Virus record (IMG/VR): IMGVR_UViG_3300021425_002093
Coordinates: 79,935-143,934 of that record
DNA length: 64,000 nucleotides
Reading direction: 5' to 3' (one strand)
Source: a virus
Position 1 is the first letter of the stretch. Every line of letters begins with the position of its first letter. The notes beneath the pieces were generated by a model. That model was not told the origin of the DNA. It saw only the letters and a list, made by a program, of their open reading frames with translations, and did not search any database. Positions 19,414 through 29,100 of the stretch are shown here, one piece after another. A program made the position numbers and the translations under genes.

Positions 19414-21021
19414 TTAGTACTTAAACCATGTCTTAAATGATTGATCGTCGTCATGGTCGTCATCGTAGGAATTGAAGCCGATGGGCAATAACGATTCCAT
19501 CAACTCTTCTTCGTTTCTTTCTTTGAGCATGTTCATTGTATTTATATTTGTGATCTCTTTAAAGAACATTTGATCAGTCAACCAACCGAACAAAACCAAA
19601 CACATTACAAGGTCGTCATGACATCCCGCTTCAGCCTCATAAGAAGAGCGGCGTCTAGAAAAAGTTGAAAGCTCCCTAATAGATTCAAAATCATTTATTA
19701 CTAACTGATCCTGCTCAATGAGAAGTTTCAGCATATTACATCCAATTGTTTTCACCGATTTTGTAGTACGAATACCCCGCTCAACGGCCCCGCCAAATCC
19801 ACTGCTTATCCGCTTTCCTGCCCTTCCAGCAGTTTCCGTATACATTAAGGATTCTACTTCAAACTCATAGTGTAATAGATCTGCTACTTGTCCACCAATA
19901 TCATTTACTTCCACTAAAACATATGCATCTCGATATCGCCTTGATGCTCGATATAATATTTCAGCGTAGTTAATGGGAGTGACTGTGTTATCTCTAAACG
20001 TACAAACTTGCTCATAAGGCATAGAAGTCACATCAATTACTTGGAAAGCGGAATAGTCGAGTCCTTTTCCTCTGGAAACATCTGCGATGCAAACATAAAC
20101 ATGATCTTCTATAGCTTCTTTGTATATTGAAAGTCCATTTCCCTCCATAATTGGACTCTTATATACAAGCTGTTTGAGCTTTGATCCTTCAATCAGAGTA
20201 CCAGAACTCCCTAAGAATTGACACTCATATTCTTGCGCAAACTTTTCTTTGTCAAAATCCATTCCTTGAAGAGTTTCTGTCTTCCACTCTTCATCTCGAC
20301 CGGGTACATTATACCAAGGGACTTCTACGTATATATATCCGTTAATGTTTTCAATTGCACCATTGCAAGTTTTATAGAAATGATTCAGGCCATTGGGAGT
20401 AGAAGTAAGAAGTATTTTTGTCGTGTTACCAGACGAAATAGTAGGATAAACTGAACTAAAGAATTCATCCCATCCTTCGACAAACGCTGTCTCATCAATG
20501 TACAAAAAAGAAACTGACTTACCTCGAATTGCGCTCGATGATGTTGATCCAGCAAGAATCTTGCATCCATTCTCAAACTCTACAGATCCTTTGTTCCACT
20601 CGATAACACCTTGTTGAAGCCACTTTGGAAGTGCTTCATATGCAATCTTAATTCGAGCCAAGATCTCTCTAGCCGCATCTCCTTTGTTTGCAAGAAGTGC
20701 GACAGTTTTATAGTCATTGAAAAGAATGTACCAAAGAATAATAGCGACTGCAGTAGTCGTTTTACCCGCCTGACGGCTCGTGTTAACCGCCACACGGCGA
20801 TTTTCAGTGATAGACGTTATAATCTCTTTCTGATAGTCATATAATACAATTGGAATCAATCCATGATCTACATGAACAATCTGGATATATTTTTCGACGA
20901 AATAGATAGGATCTCTGGAGCATTTAACATACTCTGAAATCATATCTTGGGAGAATTCTATACTAGCATTCTTTCCCTTTAGATTTGTATTACCTAAGTA
21001 ACCCTTATCAGTCTTCAGCAT
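19414..21021 (-). CDS. gp17: Terminase large subunit
   Basis: 535 aa; Walker A SRQAGKT, Walker B LYIDE, TSTPNG.NHFY, nuclease ADVSRGKGLDYSAF, HDDLVM. No intein visible. Confidence 0.99.
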   Translation of the reverse strand: MLKTDKGYLGNTNLKGKNASIEFSQDMISEYVKCSRDPIYFVEKYIQIVHVDHGLIPIVLYDYQKEIITSITENRRVAVNTSRQAGKTTTAVAIILWYILFNDYKTVALLANKGDAAREILARIKIAYEALPKWLQQGVIEWNKGSVEFENGCKILAGSTSSSAIRGKSVSFLYIDETAFVEGWDEFFSSVYPTISSGNTTKILLTSTPNGLNHFYKTCNGAIENINGYIYVEVPWYNVPGRDEEWKTETLQGMDFDKEKFAQEYECQFLGSSGTLIEGSKLKQLVYKSPIMEGNGLSIYKEAIEDHVYVCIADVSRGKGLDYSAFQVIDVTSMPYEQVCTFRDNTVTPINYAEILYRASRRYRDAYVLVEVNDIGGQVADLLHYEFEVESLMYTETAGRAGKRISSGFGGAVERGIRTTKSVKTIGCNMLKLLIEQDQLVINDFESIRELSTFSRRRSSYEAEAGCHDDLVMCLVLFGWLTDQMFFKEITNINTMNMLKERNEEELMESLLPIGFNSYDDDHDDDQSFKTWFKY

Positions 21022-21412
21022 CTTCGTCTTTCATGTTCTTTATCAGTTTTTGAAGATCAGCAGTGCTTCCGACAAACAGATTGTTGTTTGTCACAGCCTT
21101 CTCTTGTTTTGCTTCTTCTTTACGAGTCTTATCTCCCATCGACACAAGATCTTTGTTTGCATCAACAAGGGTTTTCATTAGCGTAGAGACAACTTCATAT
21201 GCTCTAGGATGCTCAGACGCTTTTGCTACGTCTAGCATTTGCTGAAGCGCTTCTGTCCCAGTTTCTATGATATTGTAAAAGTTATCTCTCGCATACTCGA
21301 AGTCTTTCTCCGCTTCAGAAGGAGCCTTAACGATATCCTTCGTTGGAGATTCGATGAGTTCACCTTCGATTGGATCAAGTCCTAGAGATTCACTTATTTT
21401 GTCTGTAGTCAT
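21008..21412 (-). CDS. gp16: Terminase small subunit
   Basis: 134 aa; DFEYARDN, ASEHPRAYEV, TNNNLFVGSTADLQK. Confidence 0.95.
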   Translation of the reverse strand: MTTDKISESLGLDPIEGELIESPTKDIVKAPSEAEKDFEYARDNFYNIIETGTEALQQMLDVAKASEHPRAYEVVSTLMKTLVDANKDLVSMGDKTRKEEAKQEKAVTNNNLFVGSTADLQKLIKNMKDEDAED

Positions 21413-21418
21413 AAATCA

Positions 21419-22210
21419 TCATTCCACACTCTGCACAATAAACTTCCAATCGTCATCGACACTAATGTCTGAGAAAGGAATAGTTTCAGCGATGTCCGTA
21501 GTTCCAACGCCGCCTGCTGTCAAACCGGGCTGTGTTGTAAGCGCTGAATCTCGTACTGTATCTTGAAGATCATCGTAGAGATTTGACTCAACAAATTTGA
21601 TAATCTTCTTATTCTGTACGGGGCCAAAATAGTAGCCTTTGAGTGTGAAATTAAGAGTCCATATTAAAGTTCTTCGTGTTAAGAAGTCCGCTTCATATGC
21701 ATCTTCAAAACTCACACTGTTTAAAATAACAGGTATATCAAGATAAAAGTCAAAGTTATCAATTAGCCTCACGGACACTGTAACATCGGGTTTAAAGAAA
21801 GGAAGAATCTGCTCCAGAATCTTCGTTCCGTCTTCATTATACTTAGCCATGATATTTAGCTGAAACTCAATATCGTATGGTGCTGGAGCATAAAGTTTGT
21901 TTAAAAAATTAGGATCGACATCTACTTTTGTTTGTCGAGTAAGACTTGTCAACTTTCTTTCTGGATTATATGTCATTCCAGTAATTTCAAAAGACATACG
22001 AGGAAGCGTCATAGCAGGCGCATCAAACGTAGGATCTTGATCAAGTCTCGACAAAATCTTTTGAATAGGTGCATAATTGATAGGAATCAGCATCGACTGT
22101 ACAGTATCATTGGACGTATTTTTACGTGTGATTTGCATATCATTGAAAAGAGTACCAAATACAGCAACGTATCTTCGAGTTGTTTCGTTGTAAAATCTAT
22201 TACCAAACAT
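21419..22210 (-). CDS. gp15: Tail sheath stabiliser / completion protein
   Basis: 263 aa; FYNET.RRYV..FGTLFND, LPRMSFE, ILEQILPFF.P. Confidence 0.95.
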   Translation of the reverse strand: MFGNRFYNETTRRYVAVFGTLFNDMQITRKNTSNDTVQSMLIPINYAPIQKILSRLDQDPTFDAPAMTLPRMSFEITGMTYNPERKLTSLTRQTKVDVDPNFLNKLYAPAPYDIEFQLNIMAKYNEDGTKILEQILPFFKPDVTVSVRLIDNFDFYLDIPVILNSVSFEDAYEADFLTRRTLIWTLNFTLKGYYFGPVQNKKIIKFVESNLYDDLQDTVRDSALTTQPGLTAGGVGTTDIAETIPFSDISVDDDWKFIVQSVE

Positions 22211-22869
22211 TAGAAGTCATCCTCACCAAATGGATTTGTTGCTGTAAAGTCAACAATATTGTCGCCAATTGTTTCGATAGACTGATTGTCTGCAATAGGA
22301 TCGATTTCTTCCAACTCTTGCAATGTTGTTGCGGATGTGGTATCGTATGCATCGAACTTAGTATCAACCTCTTCAATTCCAGTGTCAAATCTTTCATTCG
22401 AGTATTCAAATAGCTCACAACGTAGATCATATGTCTGAAGATCGCCAAGCTGATAAAAGATTGATTCGTGTTCAACATGCATAATCTTGAAGATCTTGTT
22501 ATTCAGAGGAAAGTAAAGCAAATCTCCTTCTCTTGGTCGAGCCGTATTATTGTATCGAGCGACTTCTTGCTCGTACTGTCGAATCGATACAGTCATTGTC
22601 ATCGAATCTCGAATTTGAAGTCCAAACTTAGACAGGAAGTCTCCTTCTCCTTCGAATCCGTCAATGTTCTTGACATACATTTCCACTGAATACGCTTCAT
22701 CGTAGATTGGCAAGTCATCTTCGTTAAGTATTGGGTCACGGTTCGTGCTGGAGCGACTAATGTACCATGTGTCGATTCCATATATACGAATAGACTCGAT
22801 TACCAAGTCCTCAATTAAGGCTTGCTCTCCAGAATTCGAATAGTTTTCAAAGTAAAAGTTCTTTGCCAC
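22210..22869 (-). CDS. gp14: Neck protein
   Basis: 219 aa; EQ.LIEDLVIESIRIYG, GFEGEGDFLSKFG, RPREGDLLYFPL, FYQLG, NPFGE. Confidence 0.95.
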   Translation of the reverse strand: MAKNFYFENYSNSGEQALIEDLVIESIRIYGIDTWYISRSSTNRDPILNEDDLPIYDEAYSVEMYVKNIDGFEGEGDFLSKFGLQIRDSMTMTVSIRQYEQEVARYNNTARPREGDLLYFPLNNKIFKIMHVEHESIFYQLGDLQTYDLRCELFEYSNERFDTGIEEVDTKFDAYDTTSATTLQELEEIDPIADNQSIETIGDNIVDFTATNPFGEDDF

Positions 22870-22874
22870 GACTC

Positions 22875-23618
22875 TTATCCAATAAGATCATGCACAGGAA
22901 TAGAGTAAGAGACTATCATTTCTTCTTCAAGTCTCTGTAGCTCTTCTCGTGCATCGTTAAGTATTTGCTCTCCGTTGAATTGAACCCCGCCAGGTAGTTG
23001 CATTCCGGTAAACTTAGTTAGATTGGTCCCCCACTGATATTTGATCTTTGCTGTTGCATAGTTTTGAAGCCAACGATCTTTCCACATATCAGCATACACT
23101 AAAGGATCTAATACTTTATATGCTTCAACAATTACATACTCATCAATATTAAGTTTTTCCCAATTAGCATCAATGTACAGCTTATTTACATGACGATTAT
23201 AGCGAATTGGTTGTGCGCCCACTAATAGCTCTTCCATGAACTGCAAGTGATGCATCGTCATATAATAGTTTGTCAGATTGTAGTTGACGATATCGTGAAT
23301 GTTGTTCAGCACAAACTGATACTGAACGTTGAACATGCCAGTACTTGCTGTCAAGCTAGTGCTAAGCGGAAAGATGTTGACAACGCCGATTACTTCTTCT
23401 GGAATCGTAATATACTCGTTATCAATATCTGTTTGAGTAATCTGATGCTTGAGATACGTCTTTTCTACACCATCGAAATGATAGTCATTCCAGTATGCGA
23501 TTGCTTCGTCCACACGATCATCGACTTGATCTTGATCAACATTGACCTCAATAACAGGCTTTCCCAGCTTTCTGAGACACCATTCTTTAAAATCTTCTCT
23601 TGTAGTTGGTTGCGCCAT
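22875..23618 (-). CDS. gp13: Neck protein
   Basis: 247 aa; CLRKLGKPVIEVNV, YHFDG, QWGTNLTKF.G.QLPGGV..NG. Confidence 0.96.
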   Translation of the reverse strand: MAQPTTREDFKEWCLRKLGKPVIEVNVDQDQVDDRVDEAIAYWNDYHFDGVEKTYLKHQITQTDIDNEYITIPEEVIGVVNIFPLSTSLTASTGMFNVQYQFVLNNIHDIVNYNLTNYYMTMHHLQFMEELLVGAQPIRYNRHVNKLYIDANWEKLNIDEYVIVEAYKVLDPLVYADMWKDRWLQNYATAKIKYQWGTNLTKFTGMQLPGGVQFNGEQILNDAREELQRLEEEMIVSYSIPVHDLIG

Positions 23619-23650
23619 TTTCGCCTCTAAAGACTAAATTTATATATTGT

Positions 23651-23658
23651 TATTTATA
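23651..23658 (-). promoter_or_regulatory. Late promoter TATAAATA (gp13-17)
   Basis: Exact consensus upstream of gp13. Confidence 0.85.
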
Positions 23659-23671
23659 AGTACCTATATTA

Positions 23672-24247
23672 CTATTCAGGTTTTTCAGGCCAAGTAAAAT
23701 TTTGAGGAAATCCTGCCTGTTCTGTGATATCTCTAAGAGCTTGACGATAGTCTAGCCAGGCCTGAGTTGGAGACGGGGTATCTGAAAGCATCATATAATC
23801 AGTTTCAGTCAGTCTATTATTTCTATCCCTACGTATAAGATACGTTAATCTTTCTTCTACAACGGGTATTTCTTCTTCGGTTAAGGGAACTACACTATAA
23901 GTTGTTCTGATTTCTGTAGGTGTTTCTACAATACTTTCCTCGACTCTTTCTGTAAAAATATCGTAAGAAGGATAATCATCAGATACAATGCTTTGTGGAA
24001 GCGCATGTGTGTGCGTAGTTGTTATTTCTTCTCCTTCAAAATCAACCGCATCGGGAGCCGCACTTATATCATTCCAGTTGGCCACAATCTTTGTCGCATA
24101 TCGTTCCGCCATTTCTTTTAGCGCTTCTTTTTCCATTGAACTTGCAACAAAGTTTTTTAATTGATCGGGATGCCCTTCAGCAGAATATCTTATCTGAACA
24201 AAAAGATCTTTAGGGCGAATTTTTTCAAATTTGTATGTGTACTCCAT
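23672..24247 (-). CDS. Tail fibre assembly chaperone-like protein
   Basis: 191 aa; C-terminal R..RN..L.ETDY..L.D.P....W..YRQALRDI..Q.GFP....WP.KP typical of Tfa-type proteins. Confidence 0.8.
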   Translation of the reverse strand: MEYTYKFEKIRPKDLFVQIRYSAEGHPDQLKNFVASSMEKEALKEMAERYATKIVANWNDISAAPDAVDFEGEEITTTHTHALPQSIVSDDYPSYDIFTERVEESIVETPTEIRTTYSVVPLTEEEIPVVEERLTYLIRRDRNNRLTETDYMMLSDTPSPTQAWLDYRQALRDITEQAGFPQNFTWPEKPE

Positions 24248-24266
24248 TATTGTAATATCCTTTGTA

Positions 24267-25373
24267 CTAAACCGTTATCGTTAACGCCTGACTTGCCCCG
24301 GTAATTCCACTGGCGCTCAATGTAGTATCTAAAACACCGTCTACATATACTCTAATTCTTCCTGCGGCACCTCTTGCACCATTTGTTCCAGTGAATGCAG
24401 TCGGGGTTATTTGTGGAATTGAGTTCAATCCTGTTCCATCGTATCTGGCAGAACCGCCACCGCCACCGCCAGCGCCGTATGCTCCACCCGCTCCGCCTCC
24501 GCCGGATGGGGCTCCTCCACCGCCTCCACCGCCTCCGGAGTCGCTAGCGTCAATAGCATTTCCTCCAATCCCGCCGTTATATTGAGTACCGCCCGATGAT
24601 CCGCCAAATGTGTTAGTATTGCCAGCAGAGCTTTCTCCACCTCTTCCGCCAGCGTTAGAAACAAGTCCTCCTTGAGAAGATACAGCACTTGTGCCAGCGT
24701 TTCCAGCATATCGACCAGTTCCTCCACGTCCTCCATCCGTTCTAGTAGATTGCTGTCCTCCTCCTTCGCCACCTTTAGCCTCCGCTGTAGTGCCACCCAG
24801 AGGTCCGAAATTATCCGGTGTGCCGTCATCCGAAAATCCATTTAAGCCGGGACTCAAGTAGTAAGGATATGAAGTATATGCAGTCCAGATTCCACTGTAT
24901 CCAGCACCAAATCCACCTCTTCCTCTATTTGCTGTACCAAGATCAGCATAGCCAGCACCGCCTCCGCCCCCTGCGACACCTATAGTAACAGCAAAACTAC
25001 TTCCGAGCATAGTAACGTATGATCCTGCTCCGCCACCGCCTGCTTCGGCTGCTGCATTTCCGTCTTCTCCACGTCCTCCTGCATACAAATTAAAAGAGCC
25101 TGATGCAGAAAGATCGTATGTTAATAATGTTTTGCCCCCGTTTCCCCACTGAGTATTTAAATCTCCTGCTCCGCCTCTAGCTCCCTCTATATCAAATTGG
25201 ACAGACTTAGAAAAGCTAGCACCATAAAAGTCATCAAATGAAACTTCTGTGTTCGCAGTAGAAGTAATCAACGCTCGAATGTCAGCATCATTTAAACTTG
25301 CAGTCGTTCCGGTTACCCCGCCTGCTTCAACGTGTATTTCATTTAAGTCAATTGATCCAGTTAAGGGTAACAT
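24267..25373 (-). CDS. Glycine-rich fibre-tip adhesin (polyglycine type, functionally gp38-like)
   Basis: 368 aa; N-terminal LP..G.I.L..I...F.DFYG module; GARGG, GGGGAGS, VAGGGGGAG and long Gly runs; directly downstream of the S74 fibres. Confidence 0.75.
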   Translation of the reverse strand: MLPLTGSIDLNEIHVEAGGVTGTTASLNDADIRALITSTANTEVSFDDFYGASFSKSVQFDIEGARGGAGDLNTQWGNGGKTLLTYDLSASGSFNLYAGGRGEDGNAAAEAGGGGAGSYVTMLGSSFAVTIGVAGGGGGAGYADLGTANRGRGGFGAGYSGIWTAYTSYPYYLSPGLNGFSDDGTPDNFGPLGGTTAEAKGGEGGGQQSTRTDGGRGGTGRYAGNAGTSAVSSQGGLVSNAGGRGGESSAGNTNTFGGSSGGTQYNGGIGGNAIDASDSGGGGGGGGAPSGGGGAGGAYGAGGGGGGSARYDGTGLNSIPQITPTAFTGTNGARGAAGRIRVYVDGVLDTTLSASGITGASQALTITV

Positions 25374-25447
25374 ATTTTGATAATCTTATTATGGTTGAAT
25401 GCACTAGAACTGCTTGATGTAATTATTGTTTCTTGATATCCCATAGT

Positions 25448-26167
25448 TTACTGTCCTATTTCTAATTGAATGTTTGCCTGTCCTATCATAGTAACATCAT
25501 TGACGAACAATTTAAGACCAATAAGTCTAGTGCCCGCCCCCTGGCCGGAGTTTGCAATTGTAAAAGTTTTACCTAAAGTTTCATTCTGAGCGACCGCTTG
25601 GGATACTCCGCTTGAAGCACTATATGTCCACGTCCCATTGTTTTGTTCAAAAAACGTCTGCACGCCAGAGGAGCTAATCGTAGTCCAGTTTGCTCGTAGT
25701 GTACTTAGACTAAATGGAACTTGTGGAAAAGGAAATGCATTTCGAATATCGCATTGCCCCGCCTGCAGCCAAGTTGTAGAAAGAGTAGTATTTCCTAACG
25801 TACTTTCTATAATTGACGCAGTAGTTGATCCTCTTTGATACTCCATTCGCATTCTCCATGCACTATTATCACCTCCTACGAATGAGCCACTAATCCTAAA
25901 TCGCATCGAAGCTTGAGTACCAGTAGTTCTCACTATCACTTTTGGATTTGTGGTGTCAGTCAATCCATTTTGATACGTCATATACCTACGGCATGAGCCG
26001 TAAAAGTTATCAAACCCGGGTACACCGTTTCCGATCTGAGGAGAGTCATCGCCATATCCTATAGCATATCTAAACTCATCAACACTATCTGGTCTGGATG
26101 GATAAGACGGATCATGCTCACTTGCAATTTGATCCAAAGTGATTGTGCCGCTTGTAGCAAGTCCCAT
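25448..26167 (-). CDS. Second putative fibre-tip adhesin
   Basis: 239 aa; N-terminal L.TSG.I.L..I...F.NFYG module like the 368-aa protein but an unrelated beta-rich C-terminus; TAATG overlap with the upstream fibre. Confidence 0.65.
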   Translation of the reverse strand: MGLATSGTITLDQIASEHDPSYPSRPDSVDEFRYAIGYGDDSPQIGNGVPGFDNFYGSCRRYMTYQNGLTDTTNPKVIVRTTGTQASMRFRISGSFVGGDNSAWRMRMEYQRGSTTASIIESTLGNTTLSTTWLQAGQCDIRNAFPFPQVPFSLSTLRANWTTISSSGVQTFFEQNNGTWTYSASSGVSQAVAQNETLGKTFTIANSGQGAGTRLIGLKLFVNDVTMIGQANIQLEIGQ

Positions 26168-29100
26168 TACTGTTTCTCCAATAGGTGCTTAACCATTGCT
26201 TTCAGTTCGTCAATTTCTTTCTTTTGATCCTTCACTGCTTCAATCAAATATCCAACTAAGTTACCATATGATACACTTTTATATTCTCCATCTTGTACTA
26301 ACTCTGGAGCAACTTCTTCAAGTTCTTGTGCGATAACACCAGAGCCGGATTGTCCATCTTTGATGAATGATACACCACGCATATCATAAACTTTCGATCC
26401 GTCAAGTGTTTCAATGTCCGTTTTCAAACGAACATCTGAGAATGCGCTTACGTTGCCACTAGCCGTGATACTGCCTGGGAAAGAAGAGTTTCCTGCCGCA
26501 TCGTTAATAGTTGCCGTGTTTCTTTGAGACCAAGCGGTAGCAGTGTAAAAATTACTAGCACCGTCATTCCAGTTATTAGGATGACTAATTACTTGCAATC
26601 CACCTTCCGCTACAACGTAAACAATCTCACCAGTCAAGGAACCACCAGAGCCGTTTGTAATAGCGGTGTATGATTCACCGCCAGTTATTATTACTTCCTG
26701 TCCAGTCGAGTTATCGTAGACTTCAGCGGTGACCCTACCATTGGAGGGTAGAGACAAACTGTTCGCTGATATTGTTCCTGTGAAAATTGCATTTCCAGTA
26801 GCATCAATTCGAAAGGGAACTGCTGTGGTGACCTGAGTACCACCAGTAGCGCCAGTGATCTGCTCAAATCTAATTTCACCAGTTTCTCTTAGATTCATTG
26901 CGCTATAGGCCGTGGCGCTCGGATTCATTTGTCTTAACTCTGCGCCATAGTAGTATCCGCCAGAGCTAGCAACTAAAGAGCCATTTACATTTCCTATAAA
27001 AGAGTTTCCGCTGTTTTCTTCCAAAATATAATGATAGTTTGCTCCACCATAAGTGTAATTTTTTGTAGCGCTGACCGTAGTTCCGCTGACTATCGAAGTT
27101 CCCGAAATTAGCTGTCCATCAGTCTTGAAAGTGGCGTTTCCGCCTCCGCTTCCAGATTGCTTTGTACCGTATTCTGTAATATGCTCTAAAGAGTTTCCAA
27201 CGAAGCTATGTGATCCTGTAAACGTAATTGCTTCATTTCCTTGCGGATGGACTTCAACGGCGATATTAGTACTAGATGATGTAGCTTGACCGTGCTTAAT
27301 CTCTAGTGCAAAATTGTCATTATTATCGCTAGTAATTCTAATAGCAAGTGGAGTATAGAATCCAGAATCAGTTCGAATAAAAATATCTTGCGAATGATTT
27401 ACTATAATGTAAGCAGTAACTGCTACCACAACATTATTAGACGTTCCGGAAAAATTAACTTGCAATGCTGAACCATATCCATTTCCGTCACATGTAAACA
27501 CTGTCGTATAGGTAGTATCATTTACACCAACAGCAGTTGCCCTTGTTCTTAGTGCAGGAGTACTATTGTCAGCATATATTATATCATGACCTGAAGTAAT
27601 CCGGATGTTTTCGTCAACTGTAAAATCACCAGCATCCTCAAAGTATGCGGCGAATTTACCGAGCGTATGATTATACCAGCCAAATCCACTAGCGACTGTT
27701 CCCGTATTATCTCGGCCCATCCACCACTTATCTGAAGCGTCATCAGCAAAGATAATTGCTCTCTCAGTGTTGCTTGGCCCGTCAATTAAAATATGGGGAT
27801 TCGTATTAGAAGTGTTGGTTTTATACAGATGCAATAGGTGATCGGGACTCGTGGTTCCAATGCCAACATTTCCATCAGCCCGAATCGTCATAGCATCCGA
27901 TTGGACTGTAGTTTGTATGAGCCTTGCTGTTGTATCAGTTGTAGTTCCTACTACATTTGTGTTCGTTGGTCTAGCTAAAAACTGCGTATTTGATGGAACA
28001 GAAATGACAGTGTAGCTACTAGCGAACGCACCACCGATTATAGCAATCTTTTGTCCAACTGTAAACGATGCAGTCCCATGACTAACAGTAACAATGTTAT
28101 CACTATCTACTGATATAGACGTTGTGTTTGCTGCAGAAGTTTGTCTACCCACTTCAAAGATAAAGCTTTGTGAACATTCCTCATTTAATCCCAATGTATT
28201 AGTAGAGTTTTCACTTCCCACTTTAATTCTAGATTGACCCGCTGAGTTAGTGTCACTATTCTTAAATACAATTGCACTACCAGCAACCGATGCGCCAACA
28301 TCACCCCTATATGTCTCTATCGTCAGTACGTCAGAAACACCAGAGTTCCCAATGTCAAATACATGAAATTGCGAATCAGGTTCAACTAAGATGTTTCCAC
28401 GACCTATTCCAGTATTACCATTACTTCCCTTAATTCTTATGTGGCCTAATTCGTTAGTACCTAAAATTAGATCCCTAACATTGCTGTTATGATAGATATG
28501 AGCCGCTTCAGCATCTAGAGCAAATCCTAATCTATATCCATTGCCTTGTATTGTAGCTTGTCCAGTACCATTGACGTTCATGCTGAGATCAGTTTCATCT
28601 TTCACATGAAGTTTAGCTAATGGTACTCTCTCGCCTATACCCACATTTCCTGTTGGTAATAGATTCATTCGACTATTATCGTCAACAAATGTTTCACCGT
28701 AGCTAAAGGATAATTCATCGTCTTGATTTAATCCAACAAACCAATACTCAGATCCGAGGCTTGTATTTCTAATGGCAAGAGCAGGTTCTCCTGCTGTCGC
28801 ATTATCATTTTCTATCAAAACGCCACCCGTGAAAGTACCGTCACCAGCGCCATTATTGCGCACATGAAGTTTAAATGCAGGATCGACTTCTCCAATGCCG
28901 ACGTTCCCGTTGCTCTTCATTCGAAGAACTTCTTGATATGTTGTAAATGAATTTAATCCACTTGTAGAAATATCAAATCGTAAGTTTCCAGCATCGAGAA
29001 CTTGTCTCCACCAAACATCCGGATCTTGATCAAGCTCTCCAAAGTAAATATAAGGAGCTGCTGAAGATTCTAGTTCTAAGCTTTCCGCATTTACTCGTCC

